From: an uncultured Odoribacter sp.
GTDB lineage: Bacteria > Bacteroidota > Bacteroidia > Bacteroidales > Marinifilaceae
Assembly (NCBI GenBank): GCA_964564205.1
Contig: CAZMAE010000159.1
Coordinates: 1 to 49,386, forward strand
DNA: 49,386 nucleotides
Reading direction: 5' to 3'
Below are positions 29,175-38,954 of the stretch, one piece after another. Within the stretch, counting starts at the first letter, position 1. Every line of letters starts with the position of its first letter. Both the position numbers and the translations under genes were made by a program. The notes under the pieces are model-generated. The model saw only the letters and a list, made by a program, of their open reading frames with translations. It was not told where the DNA came from and did no database searches.

Positions 29175-31004
29175 TTGTACGGCTCAGTCCTCCTTGCGCT
29201 TTTCACCTTCAAGCGTTATCCCCGTCTGGCCGAAATGTTTATCTTGCTGTGTTTGTTTACTGCCGGATTACAAACCACCACACCTCCCGCTTTTTACCCC
29301 GAACACCATCGCCTGTATCTGATCCGCGCACGGTGTGAAGAAATATTGCCCCGCAACAATTATATCCTGAGCATGGAGGGACTGCGTTTTTATCTCAGCA
29401 GCTATTACACGGACAGCAGCTACCGTTTGGGAGATTCTCTGACCTTTTACAGCCGGATTCTACTGCGAACTGATCGCTCCAACCCCGGAGAATTCAGCTA
29501 TACACACTATCTGAAGCAAAAAAATGTCCGTCACCAGCTCATCCCCCAAAGCAGGATCACACAATCGGGCCATGCCCACAACATCCGTTCTGTCTTTCAA
29601 GACTACCGCCAGCACTATCTACGCAAAACTGCCCGGCTCTTTCCAGATACCAACAGCCGCAAGCTCATCAACGCCCTTTGCTTGGGATACAAAAACGATC
29701 TGGACGACAATATACAAACGCTGTTTGTCAATACAGGCACCATTCACCTGCTTTCCGTATCAGGACTTCATACCGGAGCCATCTATCTGTTGCTGATACG
29801 CTTTTTACGGCTGGCCGGACTCAAAGGAAGAAAAAAAGAATGGCTGCTACTGCCTGTTCTATGGGCCTATGCCTGCCTCACCGGCTTATCTCCTTCCGTA
29901 GTCCGCGCTGCGACCATCCTTTCCTTTATTACCCTCGGCAAGGCCTTCAACCGGACCTATACTCCGCTCAATTCTCTGGCTGCCTCCGCCTTTTTCACCC
30001 TGTTGGGCAATCCTTTTATACTTTATTCCCTAAGCTTCCTCATGTCCTACAGTGCCTATAGCGGAATTCTGCTGCTTTATCCGATACTCAACCGACTGAA
30101 GGGCAAATTCCCGCCCCTTTCTTCTTTCTGTTATCAATGCTGTAGCCTTACCCTGTCGGCTCAGTATTTTACGCTGCCGATCAGTGCTTATTTTTTCCAT
30201 ACCGTCAACCTCACAGCGATTCTGACCAACCTGCCGGCCGTCCCCTTAGCCACCCTTCTGCTGTACTGTTCGGCCGTTACCCTCCTTCTTCCTGCGGGCA
30301 TCGGGCAGTATACCGCCTGGGTGTGTGAAAAACTAAGCCAGCTGCTACTGTTGTTTCTGAAAACAGTTGCTCCTTTCAGCATAAACATCGGAGAGATATA
30401 TCCCTCCGGTATCCTGCTGCTCACTGTCTATGGCTGCCTTCTTACTTTCGTCCTTTATCCCGGTCAAAGAAAAAAGACAAGGCTCCGGCTAATTGCAATA
30501 TCCCTTTTTTCTCTATTGCTCTGTCTCGTTGCAGACAAAACTTACCACATAACGCGTCAGGAAATCGTCATCTTTCATTATCCGCACGAATCGGTCATAC
30601 TGCTCAACCACCGGGGACGATTCCTTTCTCTGAAAAACACCTTTCCAGAACAAAGGGGCCAGGCTTATATACGCCGGAACAAACTCCGTTCTTATCCCGC
30701 GGCCTCAGGAATATTATCGTCCGGTTTCGACTGGTATCCGCCCTGCCTATCCGTTGACGGCACCCTGATTATCATAGCCGATCCGGCCCGCCGGATTAAT
30801 CAGCCGTGCCATACGCTGATCGTCACCGGCAATCTGTCCCCCCGTCAACTATTCAGTACAGATTCTCCTTTCCCTCAAAAAATCATAACCGACGGCTCCA
30901 TGAGCTATAACCGGCAAAGACAGTGGAAACTCTTTTGTCAGAAACACCACATCCCGCTTCACAGCACCCAAGAACAGGGGTGTATTCGCCTGCCTCTAAA
31001 ATAA
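29175..31004 (+). CDS. comEC: ComEC/Rec2 competence membrane protein; true 5' end uncertain (frame open from 29031)
   Basis: NPGEFSY, HLLSVSGLH, TGLSPSVVRA and multiple TM helices. Confidence 0.85.
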   Translation: MYGSVLLALFTFKRYPRLAEMFILLCLFTAGLQTTTPPAFYPEHHRLYLIRARCEEILPRNNYILSMEGLRFYLSSYYTDSSYRLGDSLTFYSRILLRTDRSNPGEFSYTHYLKQKNVRHQLIPQSRITQSGHAHNIRSVFQDYRQHYLRKTARLFPDTNSRKLINALCLGYKNDLDDNIQTLFVNTGTIHLLSVSGLHTGAIYLLLIRFLRLAGLKGRKKEWLLLPVLWAYACLTGLSPSVVRAATILSFITLGKAFNRTYTPLNSLAASAFFTLLGNPFILYSLSFLMSYSAYSGILLLYPILNRLKGKFPPLSSFCYQCCSLTLSAQYFTLPISAYFFHTVNLTAILTNLPAVPLATLLLYCSAVTLLLPAGIGQYTAWVCEKLSQLLLLFLKTVAPFSINIGEIYPSGILLLTVYGCLLTFVLYPGQRKKTRLRLIAISLFSLLLCLVADKTYHITRQEIVIFHYPHESVILLNHRGRFLSLKNTFPEQRGQAYIRRNKLRSYPAASGILSSGFDWYPPCLSVDGTLIIIADPARRINQPCHTLIVTGNLSPRQLFSTDSPFPQKIITDGSMSYNRQRQWKLFCQKHHIPLHSTQEQGCIRLPLK

Positions 31005-31074
31005 ACAGACAGGTCTCCGTTTAATTCTATTATTTTACTACATTTGTCCGCAAAATATTTCGAAAGTCACAACC

Positions 31075-32415
31075 ATGAACATTGTTATTGCAGGAGCAGG
31101 GTCCGTAGGAACACACTTGGCTAAAATGTTGAGCCGGCAGGAACACAATATCATGCTGATTGACAGCGATCAGCAAAAAGTGGAAGAGCTGGAAAGCCAG
31201 ATCGATATCCTTTCCATCGTCGGCTCTTGCACTTCCATCGGAGCCTTGAAAGATGCAGAAGCAGGAAAATGCGACCTATACATTGCCGTTAATCCGCAGG
31301 AAGAACTGAACATCAATTCCGCCATCCTGGCCAAAAAACTGGGAGCCAAACGGACCATTGCCCGTGTCAACAACAGTGAATACCTGGAAACAGAAAACGC
31401 AGAATACCTACGGTCCATCGGAATAGATTCCCTGATCTATCCAGAACGGCTGGCAGCGGAAGAAATCGTAGCTTCACTGAAACAAACCGGTTCCCGGCAG
31501 ATGCATGAATTTTCGGACGGCAGACTACAGTTGCTGGGCATTAAATTATGGGATAATGCACTGATTTTAAACCATACCCTGATAAAAATGGCGGAAATAT
31601 ACGGAGCGGATCAATTCCGTATCGTAGCCATCAAACGGCACAACCGCACCATCATTCCCCGGGGAAACGACGAATTGAAATACGGCGATCTGGTATTCAT
31701 CGTCACCCGCCCCTCCTTTATTCCCAATGTTTTCACACTTTGCGGTAAGGAACAATTGGAAATCAAAAACATAATGATTGTCGGAGCCTCACGGATCGGC
31801 ATCAAGACTGCCTCTCTACTGGAAAAACATTACAATGTCAAAATCATCGAAAAAGACCGGGAAAAGTGCATTCAACTAGCGGATAAGCTCAAATCCACGC
31901 TAGTCATCAACGGCGACGGCCGGGACCTGACTTTATTGCGGGAAGAAGGCATCCGGAACATCGATGCCTTCATCAGCCTGACAGGTTCATCGGAAACCAA
32001 TATTTTGTCCTGCCTGCTGGCCAAAAAAATGGGAGTAAAAAAAAGCGTGGCTGAAGTGGAAAACATCGACTATATTGATCTGGCTGAAAACATCGGCATC
32101 GGCACACTGGTCAACACCAAACTAATAGCCGCTTCCCATATCTACCGCTATACCATGAACGTAGATGTCAAACACCTGAAATTCCTGACCTTCTCGGAAG
32201 CCGAAGTGTTCGAACTCGAAGCCACGCCGGGATCAAGAATTACCAAACACGCTTTACAGGACATGAATTTTCCTGCCGATGCCACAGTCGGCGGAGTTTT
32301 CCGCGGAGAAGAAACCATTATCGCCAAAGGAGACGTACAGATTCAGCCGGGCGACAATGTGGTCATCTTTGCCCTTCAAAGCGCTGTGAAAAAAGTGATC
32401 AAATATTTCCAATAA
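31075..32415 (+). CDS. trkA: Trk potassium uptake NAD-binding subunit
   Basis: Two RCK_N/RCK_C repeats and IAGAGSVG. TACATTTG -7 element at 31039-31046. Confidence 0.94.
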   Translation: MNIVIAGAGSVGTHLAKMLSRQEHNIMLIDSDQQKVEELESQIDILSIVGSCTSIGALKDAEAGKCDLYIAVNPQEELNINSAILAKKLGAKRTIARVNNSEYLETENAEYLRSIGIDSLIYPERLAAEEIVASLKQTGSRQMHEFSDGRLQLLGIKLWDNALILNHTLIKMAEIYGADQFRIVAIKRHNRTIIPRGNDELKYGDLVFIVTRPSFIPNVFTLCGKEQLEIKNIMIVGASRIGIKTASLLEKHYNVKIIEKDREKCIQLADKLKSTLVINGDGRDLTLLREEGIRNIDAFISLTGSSETNILSCLLAKKMGVKKSVAEVENIDYIDLAENIGIGTLVNTKLIAASHIYRYTMNVDVKHLKFLTFSEAEVFELEATPGSRITKHALQDMNFPADATVGGVFRGEETIIAKGDVQIQPGDNVVIFALQSAVKKVIKYFQ

Positions 32416-32424
32416 TATTATCAA

Positions 32425-33873
32425 ATGATAAACATCCGTTTTATCGCCAATCTGATGGGAAAGCTGCTGATCGTAGAAAGTGCCTTCCTGTTACTTTGTG
32501 TCGGCATCGCCTTATTGTATGAAGAATCCGATGCAATGGCCTTTTTTTATACAACTCTGATAACCGCTGTTGCCGGCTTTATGATGACCCGTTTCATCAA
32601 GGCCAAAGACCGCATCCTAGCCAAAAAGGACGGCTATTTTACAGTCACCATGGTCTGGATCGTTTTTTCCCTGTTCGGGTGTCTTCCTTATATCTTCGGC
32701 CACACCATTCCTTCATTTGCCGATGCTTTTTTCGAAACCATGTCGGGATTCACCACAACGGGCTCCACTATTCTCAACGACATCGACGCCCTGCCTCACG
32801 CCACTTTATTCTGGCGCTCCCTGACTCAGTGGCTGGGAGGATTAGGGATCATCGTGCTGTTCATCGCCATCCTTCCCAGTCTGGGTATCGAAGGCCGGGA
32901 CCTGTACGTAGCCGAAACCACAGGTCCGACCCACAGCAAAACTTCCTTCACGTTCACGTCTTCAGCCCGCCAGATGTGGATTGTCTACACCTCCCTGACT
33001 TTATTGCAAACCATCCTGCTCATGGCCGGAGGCATGGATTTCTTCGACGGCATCTGCCACTCGTTTACCACAATGGCCACCGGAGGATTTTCAACAAAAC
33101 AGGCCAGCATCGCCTATTGGGATTCGGCATACATCCAATATGTGATCATCGTGTTCATGCTCATAGCCGGAACCAACTTCGGACTGCTGCTTACGGCTAT
33201 CCGGGGCAACTGGCGGAAACTTCTCCGGGACAACGAATTCCAGCTTTATTTCCTCATCGCTCTGCTGGCCAGCATCATCATCGGACTAGGATTGTACTAT
33301 CATCAGTGGGCTGATCTGGAAAAAAGCATGCGCGATGCCACCTTCCAGGTCGTCACCTTAATAACTACGACAGGTTTCGCCACAGCAGACTACCTGCTAT
33401 GGCCACCTTTCGTCTGTCTGATCCTGTTTCTGCTGTTTTTCATCGGTTCTTCAGCAGGCTCCACCGCAGGAGGGATGAAAGTAATCCGAGTATACATGTT
33501 GTTTAAAAATTCATTCATCGAATTGAAACGAATCATTCACCCCAACGGTGTCATCAATGTCAAATACAACGGCAAGACCGTACATCCTGATATCATGACC
33601 GGCATTATGGGATTTTCCATCCTCTACATGATTGTATTCGTCATCGGTACCATCATCATGACCTTATGTTCGGAAGATATTATCACGGCCTCCAGTGCGG
33701 TAATCACAGCCATGAGCAATGTAGGACCGGCTTTCGGCAGTCTGGGCCCCATGGATTCCTTCGCCCCCCTCAATGATTTTGCCAAATTATTTCTGGCCTT
33801 TCTCATGCTGGTCGGGCGACTTGAGATCCTGACCGTGATGGTGCTGTTCACCCGGGCCTTCTGGAAAAGATAA
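32425..33873 (+). CDS. trkH: Trk potassium uptake membrane subunit
   Basis: SGFTTTG, ATGGFS, TTTGF and SNVGP pore loops; GRLEI. Confidence 0.95.
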   Translation: MINIRFIANLMGKLLIVESAFLLLCVGIALLYEESDAMAFFYTTLITAVAGFMMTRFIKAKDRILAKKDGYFTVTMVWIVFSLFGCLPYIFGHTIPSFADAFFETMSGFTTTGSTILNDIDALPHATLFWRSLTQWLGGLGIIVLFIAILPSLGIEGRDLYVAETTGPTHSKTSFTFTSSARQMWIVYTSLTLLQTILLMAGGMDFFDGICHSFTTMATGGFSTKQASIAYWDSAYIQYVIIVFMLIAGTNFGLLLTAIRGNWRKLLRDNEFQLYFLIALLASIIIGLGLYYHQWADLEKSMRDATFQVVTLITTTGFATADYLLWPPFVCLILFLLFFIGSSAGSTAGGMKVIRVYMLFKNSFIELKRIIHPNGVINVKYNGKTVHPDIMTGIMGFSILYMIVFVIGTIIMTLCSEDIITASSAVITAMSNVGPAFGSLGPMDSFAPLNDFAKLFLAFLMLVGRLEILTVMVLFTRAFWKR

Positions 33874-34536
33874 TCAGGAAAGCCTTTCGAGAGTCAGGTC
33901 GGGCAAGCTTTGCATAAACCGGAACAACTCGCTTTCATCCAGGTAACGCTTGGTTCTGATAATCATCGTCACATGATAAATTTCCAGATGCTCTAAAGGC
34001 TCCCTTTGCAGGTCATAACTGGAGATACGATAGTTTTTCAGGTGCAATTCCCGGGTCACCCGCTTCAGGTTTTCCTTGTCGGTCGTTGAAAATACCAGCA
34101 AAGAACTGTGTTCCCCTACGTTTTTGAACACAATTGTCAGGAATTCCAGCCCCACCAGAGTCAATACCATCGCACAGACCCCCACCCAATACATACCACC
34201 TCCCACGGCCAAACCGATACCGGAAGTCGCCCATAACCCGGCAGCCGTAGTCAATCCCCTGACAAACTGCTTTTGGATCAGAATGGTTCCGGCACCGATA
34301 AAGCCGATGCCGCTTACCACCTGTGCAGCCACCCGGCCGGGATCCAGTCTGACACCGGCATTGCCCACAACATCCGCAAAGCCGTATTGCGATACGATCA
34401 TGAACAAAGCGCTTCCCAATGCAACCAGAAAATGAGTCCTCAAACCCGCTTCCTTGGCCCGGTATTCCCGGTCCCAACCGATTATCCCCCCCAACAAACC
34501 TGCAACTAACAATCTCAACAGATAATCTCCGAACAT
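33874..34536 (-). CDS. MgtC/SapB family membrane protein
   Basis: AGLRTH, DPGRVAAQVVSGIGFIGAG, GLTTAA. Confidence 0.93.
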   Translation of the reverse strand: MFGDYLLRLLVAGLLGGIIGWDREYRAKEAGLRTHFLVALGSALFMIVSQYGFADVVGNAGVRLDPGRVAAQVVSGIGFIGAGTILIQKQFVRGLTTAAGLWATSGIGLAVGGGMYWVGVCAMVLTLVGLEFLTIVFKNVGEHSSLLVFSTTDKENLKRVTRELHLKNYRISSYDLQREPLEHLEIYHVTMIIRTKRYLDESELFRFMQSLPDLTLERLS

Positions 34537-34687
34537 AAAAACCTCCTTTCCATATCCATACGTAATCCTTAAAACTTCGTTACAATCTAAAAAACAAAGG
34601 AGCTACCGCTTTTGAACCGAATCCTGAAAGCCTGTCAAAAAAAAACTTTTAGGATTCACTTCATCCACGGCAGCCCTTGTTTCCTGA

Positions 34688-35296
34688 TTACTTCAATACC
34701 CCTATTCCCTGACGGACGATCTCCGTTTCTTCCCCGGTACAATCTACTACCGTCGAAGCGACATTCCGGCCATACCCCCCGTCGATCACCAGATCGACCC
34801 ACTTTTCATATTTCTCGTAAATCAATTCCGGATCGGTCATATACTCCGCAATATCATCCTCCGCCTTTACCGATGTGGTCAACAACGGATTCCCCAATTC
34901 TTCCACCACCGACAGCACAATAAAATTGTCCGGGATACGTATACCTATCGTTTTCCGCCGGTTCATCATGACATTCGGTAATTTACTGGTCGCCGGAAGC
35001 ACAAAGGTAAAAGGTCCCGGAAGATTCCGTTTCATGACCTTGAACACCTGGTTGCTCACCTTGGCATAAGCGGCAATATTGGATAAATCCCGACAAATCA
35101 TAGAGAAATTCGCTTTCTCGGGCTTCACCCCCTTCAACTGACAAACCCGTTGAACCGCCTTTACATTGTTAATGTCGCATCCGATAGCATAAACGGTATC
35201 CGTCGGATAGATAATAACCCCACCCTTCTTCAACACTTCCGCCACTTTAAGAATATCCCTTTCCCTAGGGTTATCCTCGAACAATTTGATCCGCAT
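34688..35296 (-). CDS. Sua5/YciO/YrdC family protein (YciO-like)
   Basis: YPTDTVY, LPGPFTF, TIGIRIP, STVVD. ATG at 35296. Confidence 0.9.
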   Translation of the reverse strand: MRIKLFEDNPRERDILKVAEVLKKGGVIIYPTDTVYAIGCDINNVKAVQRVCQLKGVKPEKANFSMICRDLSNIAAYAKVSNQVFKVMKRNLPGPFTFVLPATSKLPNVMMNRRKTIGIRIPDNFIVLSVVEELGNPLLTTSVKAEDDIAEYMTDPELIYEKYEKWVDLVIDGGYGRNVASTVVDCTGEETEIVRQGIGVLK

Positions 35297-35304
35297 GGGA
35301 AATC

Positions 35305-35961
35305 TCAACTATTAACCTTCTTATAGTCTTCCAGGAATTTAGCCAAACCGCTATCGGTCAGCGGATGATTCAGCAGTCCCTTAATCGCAGCCAACGGACA
35401 GGTAGCCACATCGGCACCGACTTCGATACATTGGATGATGTGCTGGGTCGTACGGATAGAAGCAGCCAACACCTGGGTCTGGAAACCGTAATAAGAATAC
35501 ATATCCACAATCTTACCCACCAATTCGATACCATCGCTCGAAATATCGTCCAAACGTCCTACAAACGGAGACACATAAGTCGCTCCGGCTTTGGCTGCCA
35601 GCAAGGCCTGTCCCGGAGAAAAGACCAACGTACAATTGGTCCGGATACCTTTATTGGTAAAATACCGGATCGCTTTTATGCCATCGGCAATACAAGGCAC
35701 CTTCACCACAATATTCGGGTGCAAAGCGGCCAATTCTTCACCTTCTTTGATCATTCCGGCATAATCGGTAGCGATGACTTCAGCACTGACATCCCCGTCG
35801 ACGATATTACAGATTTCAACGTAATGCTTTCTGCAATTTTCAACACCTTTGATTCCCTCTTTAGCCATGAGAGAAGGATTAGTCGTCACCCCGTCCAACA
35901 CTCCCATTTCATTTGCTTCACGTATCTGTTCCAGATTTGCCGTATCGATAAAAAATTTCAT
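35305..35961 (-). CDS. fsa: Transaldolase / fructose-6-phosphate aldolase family
   Basis: FFIDTAN, GVTTNPSL, VVKVP, SPFVGRLDD. TAAATTTG -7 element at 36006-36013 on the - strand. Confidence 0.93.
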   Translation of the reverse strand: MKFFIDTANLEQIREANEMGVLDGVTTNPSLMAKEGIKGVENCRKHYVEICNIVDGDVSAEVIATDYAGMIKEGEELAALHPNIVVKVPCIADGIKAIRYFTNKGIRTNCTLVFSPGQALLAAKAGATYVSPFVGRLDDISSDGIELVGKIVDMYSYYGFQTQVLAASIRTTQHIIQCIEVGADVATCPLAAIKGLLNHPLTDSGLAKFLEDYKKVNS

Positions 35962-36177
35962 GATTTATTTTTTAGTTAAGTTTACCGTTTCGTATTTGTT
36001 CGTAGCAAATTTAGAATATTCCCTGCAATAAAGCTATGAATCGGAGCGTTTTTTACTCAAGTTTCGATTTATGAATTTTATCCCTATATTTGCAGATATT
36101 CCGGGTCGGCGGCAAATGTCCGTTGAAAGCGGCAAGACAATCTGATGAACACCCCAAAACAGAAAGGAGACAAACCT

Positions 36178-36903
36178 ATGAGAAATTTACTTTCGGGAAT
36201 CTGCATACTGGTCGGTATGCTGGCTTACACAAGTTGCACGATCATGGAAGACGACGGTTCTAGGGCATTTGCCAATGTGGCCACCATTGTAGGGGATGCA
36301 GAAAACGGCTACTACTGCTATCAGAGGCACTATAGCGGATTGGTTATCTCCCACAGCGAGGAGCTTGCCGGCAAGGAGCGGGGCTATTTCAACTTCTACT
36401 ATAAAGAAGACGATTGGACCACTTCCGCCAATGGAATGGAGTATATCGACAATGCTCATGTCCATACCATAGAGGCTTACGAGGTGATTCATCCCGTCAC
36501 TCGCAAAGAGGCGGATGCCGGACACATCACCGACAAAAAGAATTGTACCGCCCTACACCGGCTGGCCATAGATTATGCCTCCTACGGTTATGTCGATTTA
36601 CGCGCAGCATTCTCCACTTTCAACATGGAAAGCGGAGAGAGCTGCGATGGAGAAGTGAATCTGGTGTACGACGCGGCCCTGCAGGAACCGGACACCTTGC
36701 GGTTGCAACTTTGTTACAATCCCCGTATTCCGGAAAGCTGGACAAAAACAGACGGCAGCAACCGCACCGTGTCGTGCGACATCTCTTCCCTCTCCTCCCT
36801 CCAACAATGGAGTGATTCGCTGACCCTTGTCATTGACGATGGAAGCGGCAATAAGTACCTGATAGAAATGAGCAAAAACGACTTTCTGAAGCCAGGCAGG
36901 TGA
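36178..36903 (+). CDS. Putative lipoprotein, NigD-like
   Basis: Signal peptide II MRNLLSGICILVGMLAYTSC followed by acidic residues. TATATTTG -7 element at 36085-36092. The family resemblance is by eye only. Confidence 0.6.
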   Translation: MRNLLSGICILVGMLAYTSCTIMEDDGSRAFANVATIVGDAENGYYCYQRHYSGLVISHSEELAGKERGYFNFYYKEDDWTTSANGMEYIDNAHVHTIEAYEVIHPVTRKEADAGHITDKKNCTALHRLAIDYASYGYVDLRAAFSTFNMESGESCDGEVNLVYDAALQEPDTLRLQLCYNPRIPESWTKTDGSNRTVSCDISSLSSLQQWSDSLTLVIDDGSGNKYLIEMSKNDFLKPGR

Positions 36904-37452
36904 GCGCCGGCTACACATCGTCCTTAAAAACAAATCTCGGATGCCCGCATAAAGTCAATCGTGGTATCAGTGGTAAGTAACACTCTCCATGAGCTTTACA
37001 AGGCTCATGCGCTTCCTGTCTCAAAAATGACAAAAATTTAGAATTTGAGTTAAAGGCAATTAATTGATATTCACAGAATAGCCCTACCCGATTTGTATTG
37101 AAACGAGTAAGGGGAATGTGTCTGTATTTTTGAGTTGAATGAAAGAGCCATGGCAACCGCATCAAAATTTTCCACACCTGCAGGGGTCTGCGTTTTGGTT
37201 CCGGTTCGTTTATGATTTGGGAAAAACAGCTTTAATTACCGAGGTTAAACGCAATCCGAAAAAAATCAACCTGAAATTACTTGTCGCGAAAACCGTGCTC
37301 CACTTTCCCGTATACGACAAATTTTCACGAAAGTTCAGCGGCAAGCTTCCGGCTTTTTATTTTTTAACAAAACAAACCGGTTCCACCCACGCAACTATCT
37401 GCCGTTTTCCCCATCTATTACACAAAACAAAACCTGTAATTGAAAACCGGAT

Positions 37453-37638
37453 ATGCCCAAAACCAAATCATCAAAAAAGCTGACAGACTATATTTATGTT
37501 TCTCTATGCATCCTCATCCTTTTCGTTTTTGCAGGTTATGAGTCAGCTAGAAAAGTAAAGCCGGTTACTCCGGATAGCGATATCATCACCGGTGATATCT
37601 ACTCGGAAAACCACATCCTCCCGGCCGATAAAGGCTGA
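37453..37638 (+). CDS. Small single-TM hypothetical protein (61 aa)
   Basis: ATG start, basic N-terminus, hydrophobic YIYVSLCILILFVFAGY, A-rich upstream sequence. Confidence 0.4.
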   Translation: MPKTKSSKKLTDYIYVSLCILILFVFAGYESARKVKPVTPDSDIITGDIYSENHILPADKG

Positions 37639-37766
37639 ATCCAGTCCTGTCACCGGAGTCTCCCTGCCAGCCCCCAACACCGATAAAAGAGGAGAAAAAA
37701 CCGAAGAATTCCGCCGATTCTATTGCAGGATTCAAGAAAAATCTCTTCCTTTGCAGCACTGAAAAT

Positions 37767-37839
37767 ACGGGTGTAGCTCAGTTGGTAGAGCACTGGTCTC
37801 CAAAACCAGGTGTCGGGAGTTCGAGTCTCTCCTCCCGTG
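37767..37839 (+). tRNA. tRNA-Trp (CCA)
   Basis: Cloverleaf: ACGGGTG/CTCCCGT acceptor, GCTC/GAGC D-stem, CTGGT-CTCCAAA-ACCAG anticodon arm, GGGAG-TTCGAGT-CTCTC T-arm, G73. The CCA end is not encoded. Confidence 0.97.
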
Positions 37840-37841
37840 CA

Positions 37842-37889
37842 GCAAAAAAATCAATCCACGGCATTTGTTCTTTGGATTGATTTTTTTGC
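37842..37889. terminator. Bidirectional terminator between tRNA-Trp and mnmA
   Basis: GCAAAAAAATCAATCCA / TGGATTGATTTTTTTGC. Confidence 0.85.
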
Positions 37890-37900
37890 ATCTCCAGATT

Positions 37901-38944
37901 TCACCCTTTATTTCGCATTGCCAGACCCCCTCCCACCAATCTTTCGCCCCTGTAGAAGGCAACCGGCTGCCCGGGAGCCACCGCCCAAGCCGGATCAGAG
38001 AGCAGAATTTTCAGTCCGTTGTCTATCGGTACAATCTCTCTCACATATCCCCGGGGATTCAGACCGATACCCCTCACCTTCACCAACAAATCGTCCGCCT
38101 GCAAATCGCCAGGATCAGCCACATTGACATGTTCCACGCAAAGCGTCATTGTCTGCAATCCTTGCTTCACATCGGCAATAATGACATTCCGTCCAGCATC
38201 CATCTCCGCCACATACAGAGGCTTACCATCAAAGCAGGGAAGCCCTTGTCTTTGTCCGACCGTATAGTTCAGTAATCCATCGTGCTTCCCGATCACTTTT
38301 CCCCCGCGGCTGACAATATCCCCTTGCTCCTCTCTGAATTCCGGCACATATTCCCGGATAAAATCACGGTAATTTTTTCCTTGCAAAAAGCAAACGCCCA
38401 TGCTCTCTTTTTTTCGGGCCATTTCCGTATATCCCCAGGCCGCAGCCTGTTTTTTCACTTCAGTTTTAGTAAAACCGCCTAAAGGGACCACCGCACGGGA
38501 GAGCATATTCTGAGATAATCCCCATAAAAAATAAGACTGATCTTTATTCCTGTCGACACCTTTAAAAACAAAATATTTCCCCTTCCAAGCCGCAATGCTG
38601 ACATAATGCCCCGTAGCCAACAAACGGATATTCCGTTCATCCGCCACTTTTTTCAGTAATTGCCATTTCACATAGCTGTTACAGGTGCAGCAAGGACTCG
38701 GGGTGAAAGCCGCCAGATACCCCCGGACAAAATCATCCACCACCACCTGTGTGAATAACTCTTTACCATTGCAGCGAATAAGAGGTATCCCTAGCTTCCC
38801 GCAAATATCATCCACTTCCGCAAGGTCGTCGGCACCCCACAAATCCAGATGAACACCCACCACCTCATAACCTTTTTCCTTCAACAGCAGGGCTGCAACG
38901 AAGCTATCGACCCCTCCGCTCATTCCCACAACAATTTTTTCCAT
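37901..38944 (-). CDS. mnmA: tRNA 2-thiouridylase (CxxC-type)
   Basis: SGGVDS PP-loop, PSPCCTCN, ATGHY, KDQSYFL, TVGQR, APGQ. Confidence 0.93.
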   Translation of the reverse strand: MEKIVVGMSGGVDSFVAALLLKEKGYEVVGVHLDLWGADDLAEVDDICGKLGIPLIRCNGKELFTQVVVDDFVRGYLAAFTPSPCCTCNSYVKWQLLKKVADERNIRLLATGHYVSIAAWKGKYFVFKGVDRNKDQSYFLWGLSQNMLSRAVVPLGGFTKTEVKKQAAAWGYTEMARKKESMGVCFLQGKNYRDFIREYVPEFREEQGDIVSRGGKVIGKHDGLLNYTVGQRQGLPCFDGKPLYVAEMDAGRNVIIADVKQGLQTMTLCVEHVNVADPGDLQADDLLVKVRGIGLNPRGYVREIVPIDNGLKILLSDPAWAVAPGQPVAFYRGERLVGGGLAMRNKG

Positions 38945-38954
38945 ATCTTCTCAA

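Noticed and set aside
34537..34687. Mg2+ (M-box) riboswitch or leader peptide upstream of mgtC
   Set aside because: The spacer is short and shows only one hairpin around a poly-A/T run; no riboswitch consensus is recognisable.
36911..37483. ORFs 36911-37177 (-) and 37139-37483 (+)
   Set aside because: Weak starts, mutual overlap and no recognisable domain.
37791..37810. Suppressor or recoding tRNA
   Set aside because: Standard CCA anticodon, 5-bp anticodon stem and G24. TGA is used as a normal stop by many genes here.
36000..37839. tRNA-anchored integrative element
   Set aside because: The accessory-looking DNA lies 5' of the tRNA; I saw no duplicated tRNA 3' end and no integrase.
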